DNA of 48,906 nucleotides from a virus (taxonomy: Duplodnaviria > Heunggongvirae > Uroviricota > Caudoviricetes), in IMG/VR virus record IMGVR_UViG_3300036399_001023; one strand, 5' to 3'. Within the stretch, counting starts at the first letter, position 1. Every line of letters starts with the position of its first letter. Under the pieces are notes generated by a model, which worked only from the letters and a program-made list of their open reading frames with translations, ran no database searches and was not told the DNA's origin. The position numbers and the translations under genes were made by a program. Shown in pieces: positions 28,073 to 36,920 of this stretch.

Positions 28073-28392
28073 TTTGGGTCTTTCTTTCCTTCGTCGGACC
28101 CGTTAGCCTGTTTAATCAACCCGACTACAACCTTCAGGTCTCGAGCACCCATGTCTGCAACTTCGTCAAAGGACACTTTTTCAGGCCCCACGTTTAGTCG
28201 TTCAACAAGGTGAAAGCTCTGCCGTGTTTCCCCGAGTGCCGACAATTCGTCCTCGATATAGAGCAGGTCTCGTCCAGTCATTTCACGAACTGTGATCTGC
28301 CTTCCGTCCGACAAGGCTCCGCTAAAGGTTAGAAGATCGTGACGGGTGTTTGGTTCTGCGGGTGGGTTTGGTTCTGTAGTTACAGTTCGCAT
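28069..28392 (-). CDS. Tail assembly chaperone (Mu gp41 / P2 gpE-like)
   Basis: LSDGRQITVREMTGRDLL..VSFDEVADMGARDL. Confidence 0.75.
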   Translation of the reverse strand: MRTVTTEPNPPAEPNTRHDLLTFSGALSDGRQITVREMTGRDLLYIEDELSALGETRQSFHLVERLNVGPEKVSFDEVADMGARDLKVVVGLIKQANGSDEGKKDPK

Positions 28393-28407
28393 GGTGATGT
28401 TGTATCT

Positions 28408-28623
28408 TTACCGCTCTAGTTTTACCCTAGCTTCTAAGAGCCTTTCCTCAATGAAAAAATCCCCCTGCCCAGCTGGGAGGGAGAGATAAAGATTATTTGC
28501 TATTTCCCAACTTTTCTTCGCACTTTCCACGTTCCCTAAGTCTAGACGATCGTAAATGTCTTCGATCCAACTCTCTATGACTTCTTTCCTAAAGTCGGGG
28601 TCTAGGGGAAGGAGGAACGGCAT
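28408..28623 (-). CDS. Hypothetical protein (MPFLLPLDPDF...)
   Basis: ATG at 28623 chosen over the track start. Confidence 0.55.
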   Translation of the reverse strand: MPFLLPLDPDFRKEVIESWIEDIYDRLDLGNVESAKKSWEIANNLYLSLPAGQGDFFIEERLLEARVKLER

Positions 28624-28725
28624 GTTGGGGGAGTGTGAAAGTTGGCTAAAGGTTGATAAATGCACCTCTTCTCTTCAGCTTATGGAGCATTTTCTGCTGT
28701 TTTACTTCTTGAGAATTGAGTTTTG

Positions 28726-29628
28726 TCAGTGGTTGTCGCTCCAGCCAGTGGTCGTACCCCCCCCCCTTTTTAACCCCTTCTCTATACGGGTCTTTTCTAT
28801 CTCCTCAACAAAAGCAGAAGGGGTTAGGTCGTGTAAAGACTCCCAAGGTAAACTCCAGGACTCTTTTCCATCCCCAATTGCAAACTGCTTAGTTAAACTG
28901 TTGTAGTCCGATATACCTGAACTCCCAAGGGTGTTGAGCAGGAGTAACTTCACAGCATCTCTAATTTGCGCATCGGTCAAGTAAGTGTTGAATCTTGTGT
29001 TGGGATACAAACGCAAGTAGGTCTCTAACTCTTCGGCTGACTTATGAGTAAGCCGCCATTTACCCTCTTTCACCACAAGTACAAGTCGGTGGGATTCTTC
29101 TGACGACGGGTGAACCCATGTGGAACCATCTATGTAGGATCCTGAAGGTGGGTGGTTGCTGTCGCCGCTCTCGTGCGCCAGAATTGTAACAGCTTTTGTG
29201 GGTGGTAGGGCGAAGTAATTCCAAGGGGTGTACGCTAGCTCTGTCGCCACACCACTCCCTCCCGCGCCACCGGACCCGTGTCTAAGACTCACCGGAGGGG
29301 AAATATAAGTTTGGTCAAGTACGGGGACCCAGTTTGAGCTTCTCGCAGTCTCCATCCAAATATACGTCCTATCGTCAGTGGGGCAGTAGAATACTTGCCC
29401 CTTCCGGGGGTTTGGAGGAAAATTTAGAGTTTTATCAAGTGTTGTGTGAGTGCCTTTCCCGTAGTTTTCCAAGTCGGCGATAGACGTGGTCGGGTTATAC
29501 ACCCACTCAAGAAAGTCGTCACAGCTTTCTAAAAACTCGATAGAGCTACCCGAATCTGCGCAAACTGAGTCCCTTTTATCAGAACCAAACCCCAACCACT
29601 TTAGTAGCTTTTCTAAGTAGTGTCCCAC
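28726..29628 (-). CDS. Hypothetical protein; C-terminus depends on a G10 tract
   Basis: 300-aa ORF; homopolymer at 28757-28766. Confidence 0.55.
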   Translation of the reverse strand: MGHYLEKLLKWLGFGSDKRDSVCADSGSSIEFLESCDDFLEWVYNPTTSIADLENYGKGTHTTLDKTLNFPPNPRKGQVFYCPTDDRTYIWMETARSSNWVPVLDQTYISPPVSLRHGSGGAGGSGVATELAYTPWNYFALPPTKAVTILAHESGDSNHPPSGSYIDGSTWVHPSSEESHRLVLVVKEGKWRLTHKSAEELETYLRLYPNTRFNTYLTDAQIRDAVKLLLLNTLGSSGISDYNSLTKQFAIGDGKESWSLPWESLHDLTPSAFVEEIEKTRIEKGLKRGGGTTTGWSDNH

Positions 29629-29645
29629 AATTAAGCTCTTGTTAG

Positions 29646-29855
29646 TTATAGAGAACGAAGCATGCGAATTGCATCACCTTGGGAGAAGTACTCTTGTGAA
29701 TACAAACAGTCCACAGACGACGGGATGAATCTTCCGTTCTTGTCAAACGGGATCGGCCACCAGTACATGCCTACTTTTGTTCTGCATGGGTATATGTCTG
29801 CGGATTGAACTCGTGGCTTTTTGATCTTGATGGGTGTTTTCATAGTTAGTCTCAA
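29646..29855 (-). CDS. Small hypothetical protein
   Basis: 69 aa, coupled to the polymerase stop. Confidence 0.5.
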   Translation of the reverse strand: MRLTMKTPIKIKKPRVQSADIYPCRTKVGMYWWPIPFDKNGRFIPSSVDCLYSQEYFSQGDAIRMLRSL

Positions 29856-32782
29856 ATCAGTCCTTTTTGAATAGCTTCGTATCGTGTCTTTAGCTTGTCT
29901 ACAGCCCCAGTCTCACCGAGTTCGGTCATCGAGTACTCAACTCCGTTAGGTTCTTTCGCACCGTGGGGGTTTGAAGGTGTAACCGTACACTCTTTCGGGG
30001 ATTTACGAATCCGAGAGTCAATTGCTACTGAGGAGAAGAACGCACGACTAAGTGGAAGCTCCGGTATATCCATCGCGCTGTGAAAATTCGCCCAGGTATA
30101 AAGGTGGGCGATTTGGAACAGCACGGCAAACTGAGTGGCGTACCTCTCAGGGGTCATGAAGTGGAGTTCATCATGGATGCTGATAATGAAGCGGTAGGGG
30201 ATTTTGTACTCTTCCGCTAGCCACGCGACAGCCGTGAGCGTTATAGATAGAATTTCGGCACCCGATGCTTGAATGGCCCAGTTTGTGCGTCCTGTCCTAA
30301 ATTCGGTGCCAACTGCCGCAGGTCGCATTGCAGTGGAAATTTTGGTACCAAGGCAAGGCAGCTGAGGAACCTTTGTCTTCATGGAGATTTGCTCCATCAA
30401 GTTGAATGCGCCGGAGTCAGAACCACCTTCATACACTCCGTTCACCAGTACCCCCTTTTTCGATGACAGTGCTTTCAGTGCGAAATCCTTAACTTCTCTC
30501 TCCCCTTTCTCAGGAAAAGTTCGTCGAATTGGAGTGCTTAGGGCTCTTACGCTACCTCCGTACAAGGTTGCGAAGCCTACAATCTTGCTCAGGTCTCTGG
30601 CTTTTGCCAGAAGTTTGTACAACTGGGGTTCAATTGGGCTTAACCAATTTTCTCCAGCCTTTACACAATTTGGTACATTCAACGGTTCACTCTCATGACT
30701 GTAACAAATTCCTAGCTTCCTGTCCCACACAAGCCCCTTATACATCTCAGGGAGAATAGCACGAGCAAGAGCGGTGTGAGGATCAGTGCCGTTTTCCTTG
30801 GACCCAGACAGGACGTTGTACCCCATCGGCGAGCACCCGACAAAGCCACCTTCCCAAGTATCGCTGTATATGGATGCGATCTGAAGCTCTTGACCATCGT
30901 AGTCGGCGCTTACAATTTTCCAGCCTTCGGGGGCCTGCACTCGTGTTTTCAACTCCGTGCCAATTCTCCAGTTTTTCGTGGAGCACATGGTTGCCATCAA
31001 GCTTTCAACTGTTCTGCGAGTTACCGTTCCGTGGCAGAGAATCTCAGGAAGAGTCACCAGGGCGGATGAACCATGCGGGTTTTCAGCGCGGAGGAAGATC
31101 CGGTCCATCACCCGCTTACGAACAGAAGTCCAGTAAGAAATAGCGTTTGAAATCTCCAGAGCTCTCTTAGCTTCAGGGAGATCGCTACTTAGCCTCCCGG
31201 TTTCCATATCTTGGACAAAGTCCTTGCTGAGTAACACTCCGGTATTGTCTCCAGTTCCTTTTGGGTGGGGAACTTTCACAAGGCCACCCGTTCCATCGTA
31301 GTAGCACCAACCCTCTGTTTTGGTTTGAATAATAGGTGATCCCTCATATTTGAGCTTCAACAGCAAGTGCGCCAATTGCGACTTGACTCCGATGTGCTGT
31401 TGCGGGTCTTTCACAAAGGGTTGCACCCAGGAGGGAACCCAAGCGTACTTGCCTTTTCTGCTCCGAATCTCCCAGTTAAGCTGGGACACCCAGGGGTCAT
31501 GTTCTGCCCATTTCTGCGCTTTCGCGAGGCCCCGCTCCGGGTCCTCCACGCTGTTAAGGACAGCCTTCCACTCGTTGTACGTTTTCCACACAAGCTCCCT
31601 GCATAGCTCAGTCATTTCCTGGCTGTGCTCATGAAACACTCTTTCTGTGTTCTGAATCCACTCAGCCCAGTCTTCCACCAAGGGGACGACTGATCCGTTC
31701 AGGTGGTAGTGACCACAAAGTCCAACCATTGACGGTGTACTATCAAGATACTTCGGCCACAAAGCCTGAAAAAGCTCCGCCGTGTAAAAAGCATCCCTTA
31801 CCGCGTATTCTACGGCCTTCTCAAGAACTGCGGTGATTTGCGAGATATGCGTAGCGTCTACAAAAATGTCCCGTACCTTTTTGTCCCCTTGGTTGAGTGG
31901 GCGGACAGTGTCATCGCCGAAGTACTTACGAACCTCGTAAACGTGAAAGTTGTAGCATTGCACCAAACTGTTTGTTGATCCCTCGTCTAGCCACTTTGGA
32001 GCATACCTGAGTTTTCTCTTTTCCTCTTCAGTTAGGTTTTCTGGGTCTTTTGCCGCAAGAAGGTACAACCACCGTTGACCTGAAGCCAAACCCGACACTC
32101 CGATATGCGCGGAGAGTGTGTCAAAGTAGAAGTTTTCAGGCTTGTTACGGCTTAGTGAGTATCCTTCCCGTGTTCTTACTCGGTCGTAGCTAATATTGTG
32201 TCCCGCTACAAACCTGTTCTCACCAATGGGAATGAGATCGTGTTGGTCCCACTCTTCCTCCGGTATGGTTGGGTCAATAAGCTCTGCCGCGAGCCAAATG
32301 TAGGTTGCTTTTTCACTTAGCGCCGTCCCAATAATCGGAAACGCACCCGCTTTCACGAAGGTTTCAGTGTCGTACGTGAAAGCTTCTTCGAGTGGGTATG
32401 GTACGGATTCTACAAGAAACTTTCCGTCCACAAACTCATAGCGTGTCCATCCCGCCTGATAGACGAAGTCAGAAACTGCAGGGAGCTTTGGAAGTTTGCA
32501 TCTCGCTAGAGAATTTGCAAGGTTTTTGTACACCCCTACCTGCTCTGTTGCTATGTTTTCAAAGTGCTCCTGTAAATTGCTACCCCTTAAGCTTGGAAGG
32601 GGCAAGGGACCATCGTACAGGTTGTCTGGGTGATCAACAGGGACAGATATACCAAATTGCTTTAAGAGTCGCTCGGCCTTTTGACGTGCCTTAACTCCCA
32701 TTGAAGCTGCCTTTTGTCTGCCGAAAACCTTAGTGTGCAGTGGGGTAGACAGAACAGGGTAGCCGAGTTCGCTGGTTCTCAT
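29852..32782 (-). CDS. Family A DNA polymerase, mitochondrial Pol gamma-like
   Basis: Exo I YDTETF, Exo II GHNISYDR, Exo III YAVRDA, motif A SADYDGQEL, motif B RDLSKIVGFATLYG, motif C ISIHDEL, plus Pol-gamma-specific blocks (GTVTRRTVE, RIGTELK, AFFSSVAID, TPSNPHG). Confidence 0.92.
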   Translation of the reverse strand: MRTSELGYPVLSTPLHTKVFGRQKAASMGVKARQKAERLLKQFGISVPVDHPDNLYDGPLPLPSLRGSNLQEHFENIATEQVGVYKNLANSLARCKLPKLPAVSDFVYQAGWTRYEFVDGKFLVESVPYPLEEAFTYDTETFVKAGAFPIIGTALSEKATYIWLAAELIDPTIPEEEWDQHDLIPIGENRFVAGHNISYDRVRTREGYSLSRNKPENFYFDTLSAHIGVSGLASGQRWLYLLAAKDPENLTEEEKRKLRYAPKWLDEGSTNSLVQCYNFHVYEVRKYFGDDTVRPLNQGDKKVRDIFVDATHISQITAVLEKAVEYAVRDAFYTAELFQALWPKYLDSTPSMVGLCGHYHLNGSVVPLVEDWAEWIQNTERVFHEHSQEMTELCRELVWKTYNEWKAVLNSVEDPERGLAKAQKWAEHDPWVSQLNWEIRSRKGKYAWVPSWVQPFVKDPQQHIGVKSQLAHLLLKLKYEGSPIIQTKTEGWCYYDGTGGLVKVPHPKGTGDNTGVLLSKDFVQDMETGRLSSDLPEAKRALEISNAISYWTSVRKRVMDRIFLRAENPHGSSALVTLPEILCHGTVTRRTVESLMATMCSTKNWRIGTELKTRVQAPEGWKIVSADYDGQELQIASIYSDTWEGGFVGCSPMGYNVLSGSKENGTDPHTALARAILPEMYKGLVWDRKLGICYSHESEPLNVPNCVKAGENWLSPIEPQLYKLLAKARDLSKIVGFATLYGGSVRALSTPIRRTFPEKGEREVKDFALKALSSKKGVLVNGVYEGGSDSGAFNLMEQISMKTKVPQLPCLGTKISTAMRPAAVGTEFRTGRTNWAIQASGAEILSITLTAVAWLAEEYKIPYRFIISIHDELHFMTPERYATQFAVLFQIAHLYTWANFHSAMDIPELPLSRAFFSSVAIDSRIRKSPKECTVTPSNPHGAKEPNGVEYSMTELGETGAVDKLKTRYEAIQKGLI

Positions 32783-32831
32783 GTCGTTGAATTGTTATGG
32801 TTTAGTTTATCTTGGGGGTGTTGCCGTAACT

Positions 32832-33698
32832 TTAGGGCTTCCTGTAAACAGGTCGTGCCAGAATGACTGGGGGCTTCACTTCTTCCTCGGGGGCTCCGGA
32901 GTCGAATTTGTGCATTTTTAGGTCGAAAGCTCGAACACCGCTGCTTGTGTAAACAGCGTCTTTGTGAAGCTTGTAGGTTTCGTAGGCGTCGAAAATCGGT
33001 GAGAAGTGTAGGGGTCGCTCACCCGGTTCGTCACGCCACATTAGAATCTCAACAAGAGAGATCGGGACGTCTGTGTCCCATTGTTCGTCTCGTTGCCCGT
33101 AAAGCAAAGGAAGAGCGTCGTTCCTCCACCAGTCTGTAACTTGGTCTATGTATTGCTCCCATGCGTCGGGATCTGTGACGTGAGTTTTGCAGTCTTCTCT
33201 TAGGTATGCAACGTACTGCCTCCCCCGGTCAATCACAACTTGTGCAGACTCTGGGAGAGTTTCCATGAAGTACGCGGGGTCGTCAGACGATGCAACTCTT
33301 TCTATCACAGCCGGGAAGAGGAAGGAGTAGCTCATTAGCCTAAAGTCGTCTGCTCCTTCGCAGATATGCCTCAGAAGGCACTCGATAATGGCAAGTGTTG
33401 ACGCTATTCCGAGCTCTGTCTCGTCCTCTAAAGGAGATTCAGGGGGGAGTGACTCTTTCACTTGTTTTCGAAGCTTGGTAAGTTCAAGCTCAAGACGCCT
33501 CACCTCGCGACCCATTTCCCGTTCTAGCTTAGCCTTGTATATCTCAGTTTGCGTTAAAAGCTTGTCAAACTTTGTATCAATTTTTTCTACTTCCGAACTG
33601 AGTTGTTCGATGCTGATCTTGAAATTTGATATTTTTTTCTTAAGTGAAGAAACCGAAGACCTCATGCTATCGGTTGCAAACACTATGTTATCCATCAT
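32832..33698 (-). CDS. Hypothetical protein with N-terminal coiled coil
   Basis: 288-aa ORF. Confidence 0.6.
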   Translation of the reverse strand: MMDNIVFATDSMRSSVSSLKKKISNFKISIEQLSSEVEKIDTKFDKLLTQTEIYKAKLEREMGREVRRLELELTKLRKQVKESLPPESPLEDETELGIASTLAIIECLLRHICEGADDFRLMSYSFLFPAVIERVASSDDPAYFMETLPESAQVVIDRGRQYVAYLREDCKTHVTDPDAWEQYIDQVTDWWRNDALPLLYGQRDEQWDTDVPISLVEILMWRDEPGERPLHFSPIFDAYETYKLHKDAVYTSSGVRAFDLKMHKFDSGAPEEEVKPPVILARPVYRKP

Positions 33699-33710
33699 GG
33701 GTGTTTCGCT

Positions 33711-34268
33711 TTAAAGGGGTTTGATTTTGGCTTCTAAGTGGTCAGACTCAGGGTCTACTGAGGTTATTGTAAAGGAAAACCTTTTGTCGGGGTCCGATCG
33801 AAGGTGAAAACTACCGGAGAATCCTTCCCCGTCTTTTAAACTTAAGAAGCTGTTTCCCGGTGTTGGGGGGTGCTCGAACGAAATATCGTCTTTGAGCTCC
33901 GGGTGGGAGTCTTCGATTGCTGAGATGAGCCGGTTGTTCACTGCAGATGCTGTCGCCAACTCAAACTCGGTGGAAATTTGAGGGTGGAAACCGTCTTCTG
34001 TAACTTCGAGTTTGAACGACGCACCCGTGTCAAAGTAGATATGGTAAACAAGCCCGTCCTCCTCAACTTCAAAGCACGCCTCTTCTGCGGAAAACTCACA
34101 TTCTTCGTCAGGAGACCCGTTAATTTCTACTTCCAGGAGTTCGTAAAAAACGTCTCTCAGTACCTCTGCATCTAGAACTCCTCCCAAATGATTTGAGATA
34201 GCTAGGAAAATTCGGGGGTTTGAAAGTAACCTGGAAACCGGATAGACTACAGTCATGGTTCTGTTCAA
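33711..34268 (-). CDS. Hypothetical acidic protein
   Basis: 185-aa ORF. Confidence 0.6.
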   Translation of the reverse strand: MNRTMTVVYPVSRLLSNPRIFLAISNHLGGVLDAEVLRDVFYELLEVEINGSPDEECEFSAEEACFEVEEDGLVYHIYFDTGASFKLEVTEDGFHPQISTEFELATASAVNNRLISAIEDSHPELKDDISFEHPPTPGNSFLSLKDGEGFSGSFHLRSDPDKRFSFTITSVDPESDHLEAKIKPL

Positions 34269-34346
34269 CTATTAAGAGTTTAGCCGGGCAAGATCCTACG
34301 TAAAGTCCCGTACCCAATTTTACCCGGTTTCACTCCGTTTTTCGTC

Positions 34347-36368
34347 CTAAGGTAGTTTCACCTCATCTATATTTGCGACTTTAATTCCTTTGCCCCCCGG
34401 CTTCCCGAGCTTTACTGACAGGTCGAGTTTCATTGCCTTCTTTCGAGTTGAAACCCAGTCCAGGGTGAAACCCCCCTCTCCAAAGTGCCTCAGTGTGGAA
34501 CCTTCGGGTAGCCATCTCTTGCCTTTACTCGTCACCTTGCAAAGGTCTTCTCCGCTCAGGGTCAGTGCTTTGAGCTGCCCGTCGAGTTCGAGCACAACTA
34601 AGTATTTTTTCAAGGAAACCTCAGACTCCTTCTTCGCCAAGCAAACAGCGGAGTACGCTGTTGAGATAACTCCCTTGAAGGTTGCTGACACCTTTTTCAG
34701 TGTCCCGTCCTCAGTCATAAGAATAACCTTGTCTTTGGGGTCTACGACAAGAGCTCCACGTGGCCCTTTCACCTGCTCAACAGTGCCCTTCTTCGAGTCA
34801 ATCTTCAGGAACCGTGGCTTTGGAGCGGCTGCAGGACGCTTCACGCTTTCCCCAGGAACACGGGCCACACCACCAGTCGGGGGGTCTATGAGGGCGCTTC
34901 TGCGAGCCTCTCCGTGGCGCTTTCCTATTTCAGTGAGCTCATTGAGCATATACACTTGTCTCGCGGTAGTCCCACTGGTTTCGTCGCTGGACAGCTCTAC
35001 CAGCTCTTGAATCCGGCCTTGAAGGTAGTTATCCTCAACAATAAGGTCGTTTTGGTCAAGGTTCGTAAGCTGACGCAAGCGCATATCCAGAATGGCCTCA
35101 GCTTGCTTATCTGAGAACTTCAGCGGTGCGGTCGTTAGAGCAACTTTCGCCTCAGATTTATCCTTTGCCGCACGAATCCGCTTAATAATCAAGTCCATCT
35201 TGTCAATGGCCTTGAGCAGTCCCTGAACAATTTCCAGGCGAGCCTCTCGATGAGTGAGCTCATTCTCGAATTTAACTTGTAATCTACCCAACCTCCATGT
35301 CACCCATTTCTCTACAATTTCCACCGGGGAGAGCTCTATGGGCTTCGTGCCATCGATAACTAAGGTTCTCGCTGAGAACTTGGAGTCAAGGTCGGTGTAG
35401 GCATAAAGTTGATCTCTTAGCTTTTCCGGGCTCACACCGGGCTTGGCCACAATTTGAACGCAGTCCCCCGTAAGATCGGACAGGTCATTGACTTCAGCGA
35501 CACCATCAATCCTTCCCTTCTCAACCTCATTTTTCACTTGCTCACCGATTTTCTCAGGATTGGTTCCTGGCGGTAAGTTCGTAAAGGTTAAGGAAGGACG
35601 GTCCTTTGCCTTTCCACTACGGGTCTGGGTACCAATCTCAACCTTCGCCATGCAGCGAATGCTGCCAATACCTGTTAGTGAGTATTGCTCCAACTGATCG
35701 TCTTTTACAATCTGGGTCCCAGTTGGAAAGTCAGGGAAGAGAACCTCCCGTGCTTTTCGTAGGTTTTCTGCGCGTGCCTCAAACGTTATCGCTTCCTTGC
35801 AAACTAGCTTGGTTGCTTCAACAATCGAACGGAGACTGTGAGAGGCGATTTTACAGGCGTATCCCACGCCAATGCCCTCTTGACCATTGAGCAAAACGTA
35901 AGGGATCTTTGCGTTCAACTCGATCGGCTCCTGCAGCGTACCGTCGTAGTTTGGCATGGTCTCCCAGGTGTCTGAGTCGTCGAGGAGGCAGTCCCAGGCA
36001 AAAGGGGAGAGCTTGCACTCTGTGTACCTTGACGACGCCGCAGAGTCTGTCGAAGACCCCCAATTCCCGTGCCCGTCTACGAGCGGGGCCATATTATTCC
36101 ACGGAGCAGCCAAAGTGACAATAGAGCTGTAGCTTCCGCCGTGGGGGCTCAATTTACCCATAACCTCCCCCTCTACCCTGGCGCTTTTCATGTAGCGACC
36201 GTCTGGCTTCAAGTTGAGCCACTTCATAGCTGTTACAATGCGCCGAGAGATACTCTTGCACCCGTCCGTGTACCGAGGGAAGGCTCGCCCCACGATTACA
36301 CTGAGCGAGTAGGCAAGGTAGTCGTCTTGAATTTGCTGGACTAGGTTTACATTGACAGTGTTTGTCAT
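34347..36368 (-). CDS. Type IIA topoisomerase A subunit (GyrA/ParC family)
   Basis: GRAFP..DGCK..RR..KSARVEGEVMGK.SPHG..DGHGNWGS..AASSRYTE (catalytic Tyr)..QAEAILDMRLRQLT. Confidence 0.92.
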   Translation of the reverse strand: MTNTVNVNLVQQIQDDYLAYSLSVIVGRAFPRYTDGCKSISRRIVTAMKWLNLKPDGRYMKSARVEGEVMGKLSPHGGSYSSIVTLAAPWNNMAPLVDGHGNWGSSTDSAASSRYTECKLSPFAWDCLLDDSDTWETMPNYDGTLQEPIELNAKIPYVLLNGQEGIGVGYACKIASHSLRSIVEATKLVCKEAITFEARAENLRKAREVLFPDFPTGTQIVKDDQLEQYSLTGIGSIRCMAKVEIGTQTRSGKAKDRPSLTFTNLPPGTNPEKIGEQVKNEVEKGRIDGVAEVNDLSDLTGDCVQIVAKPGVSPEKLRDQLYAYTDLDSKFSARTLVIDGTKPIELSPVEIVEKWVTWRLGRLQVKFENELTHREARLEIVQGLLKAIDKMDLIIKRIRAAKDKSEAKVALTTAPLKFSDKQAEAILDMRLRQLTNLDQNDLIVEDNYLQGRIQELVELSSDETSGTTARQVYMLNELTEIGKRHGEARRSALIDPPTGGVARVPGESVKRPAAAPKPRFLKIDSKKGTVEQVKGPRGALVVDPKDKVILMTEDGTLKKVSATFKGVISTAYSAVCLAKKESEVSLKKYLVVLELDGQLKALTLSGEDLCKVTSKGKRWLPEGSTLRHFGEGGFTLDWVSTRKKAMKLDLSVKLGKPGGKGIKVANIDEVKLP

Positions 36369-36414
36369 TTCAAGGGTAATTGCTGAGCTAATTTGGTTGT
36401 TAAAGAAGGGTGTA

Positions 36415-36630
36415 TTAATTATTGTCGTTCAAATCCCACAAGCCATTGCTCTGCAGCCAGTGATCGGCAAGAGTCTGGGAGGTCCAACCCCATGAGTCCT
36501 TGCTGTTAAACTTTTCCAGCATCTCTCTCAGAACTTGGTCCTCTTTGTACAAGTGGGATAGACCAAGCTCGCGAAGTGTCTCAATAACTTTTCTAGCAGC
36601 GTCACCGACCCTGCGAGGAGTCACAAGCAT
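36415..36630 (-). CDS. Small hypothetical protein
   Basis: 71 aa, overlaps the neighbouring gene. Confidence 0.5.
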   Translation of the reverse strand: MLVTPRRVGDAARKVIETLRELGLSHLYKEDQVLREMLEKFNSKDSWGWTSQTLADHWLQSNGLWDLNDNN

Positions 36631-36920
36631 GGGCGAAGTTTCTGCTTACTGAGGTGAGTGTGCCCCACTGCAAGAACCCTCTGTGCTACCTCTCGTGTAA
36701 CATTGTACTTGCATCCACTAGGGGATCTGTCAACAAGGTACTGTTTTTTCTGCTCCAGCGACAAAAGGTCAAACAATTTGTCTTCGTCTACCCACATACC
36801 ATAGTTGTAGTTTCTATCGAGAAAGACACGAACTCGGTTTCGGTAAAATCGTGCGGGATCAATACTTTTGTTCTCCGTTACAAGTAGCTCAATCATGCTT
36901 TCTTCCTCTTTTAAGGTCAT
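36621..36920 (-). CDS. Hypothetical protein
   Basis: 99 aa. Confidence 0.55.
   Translation of the reverse strand: MTLKEEESMIELLVTENKSIDPARFYRNRVRVFLDRNYNYGMWVDEDKLFDLLSLEQKKQYLVDRSPSGCKYNVTREVAQRVLAVGHTHLSKQKLRPCL

Noticed and set aside
29852-36368. Inteins or introns in the DNA polymerase or topoisomerase genes
   Set aside because: Both frames are continuous, motif spacing is normal, and no C/S..HN or LAGLIDADG signature was seen
36420-36450. gttcaaatccc...cca resembling a tRNA T-loop
   Set aside because: No pairing T-stem or cloverleaf; it is antisense to a coding region. No tRNA recognised in the window
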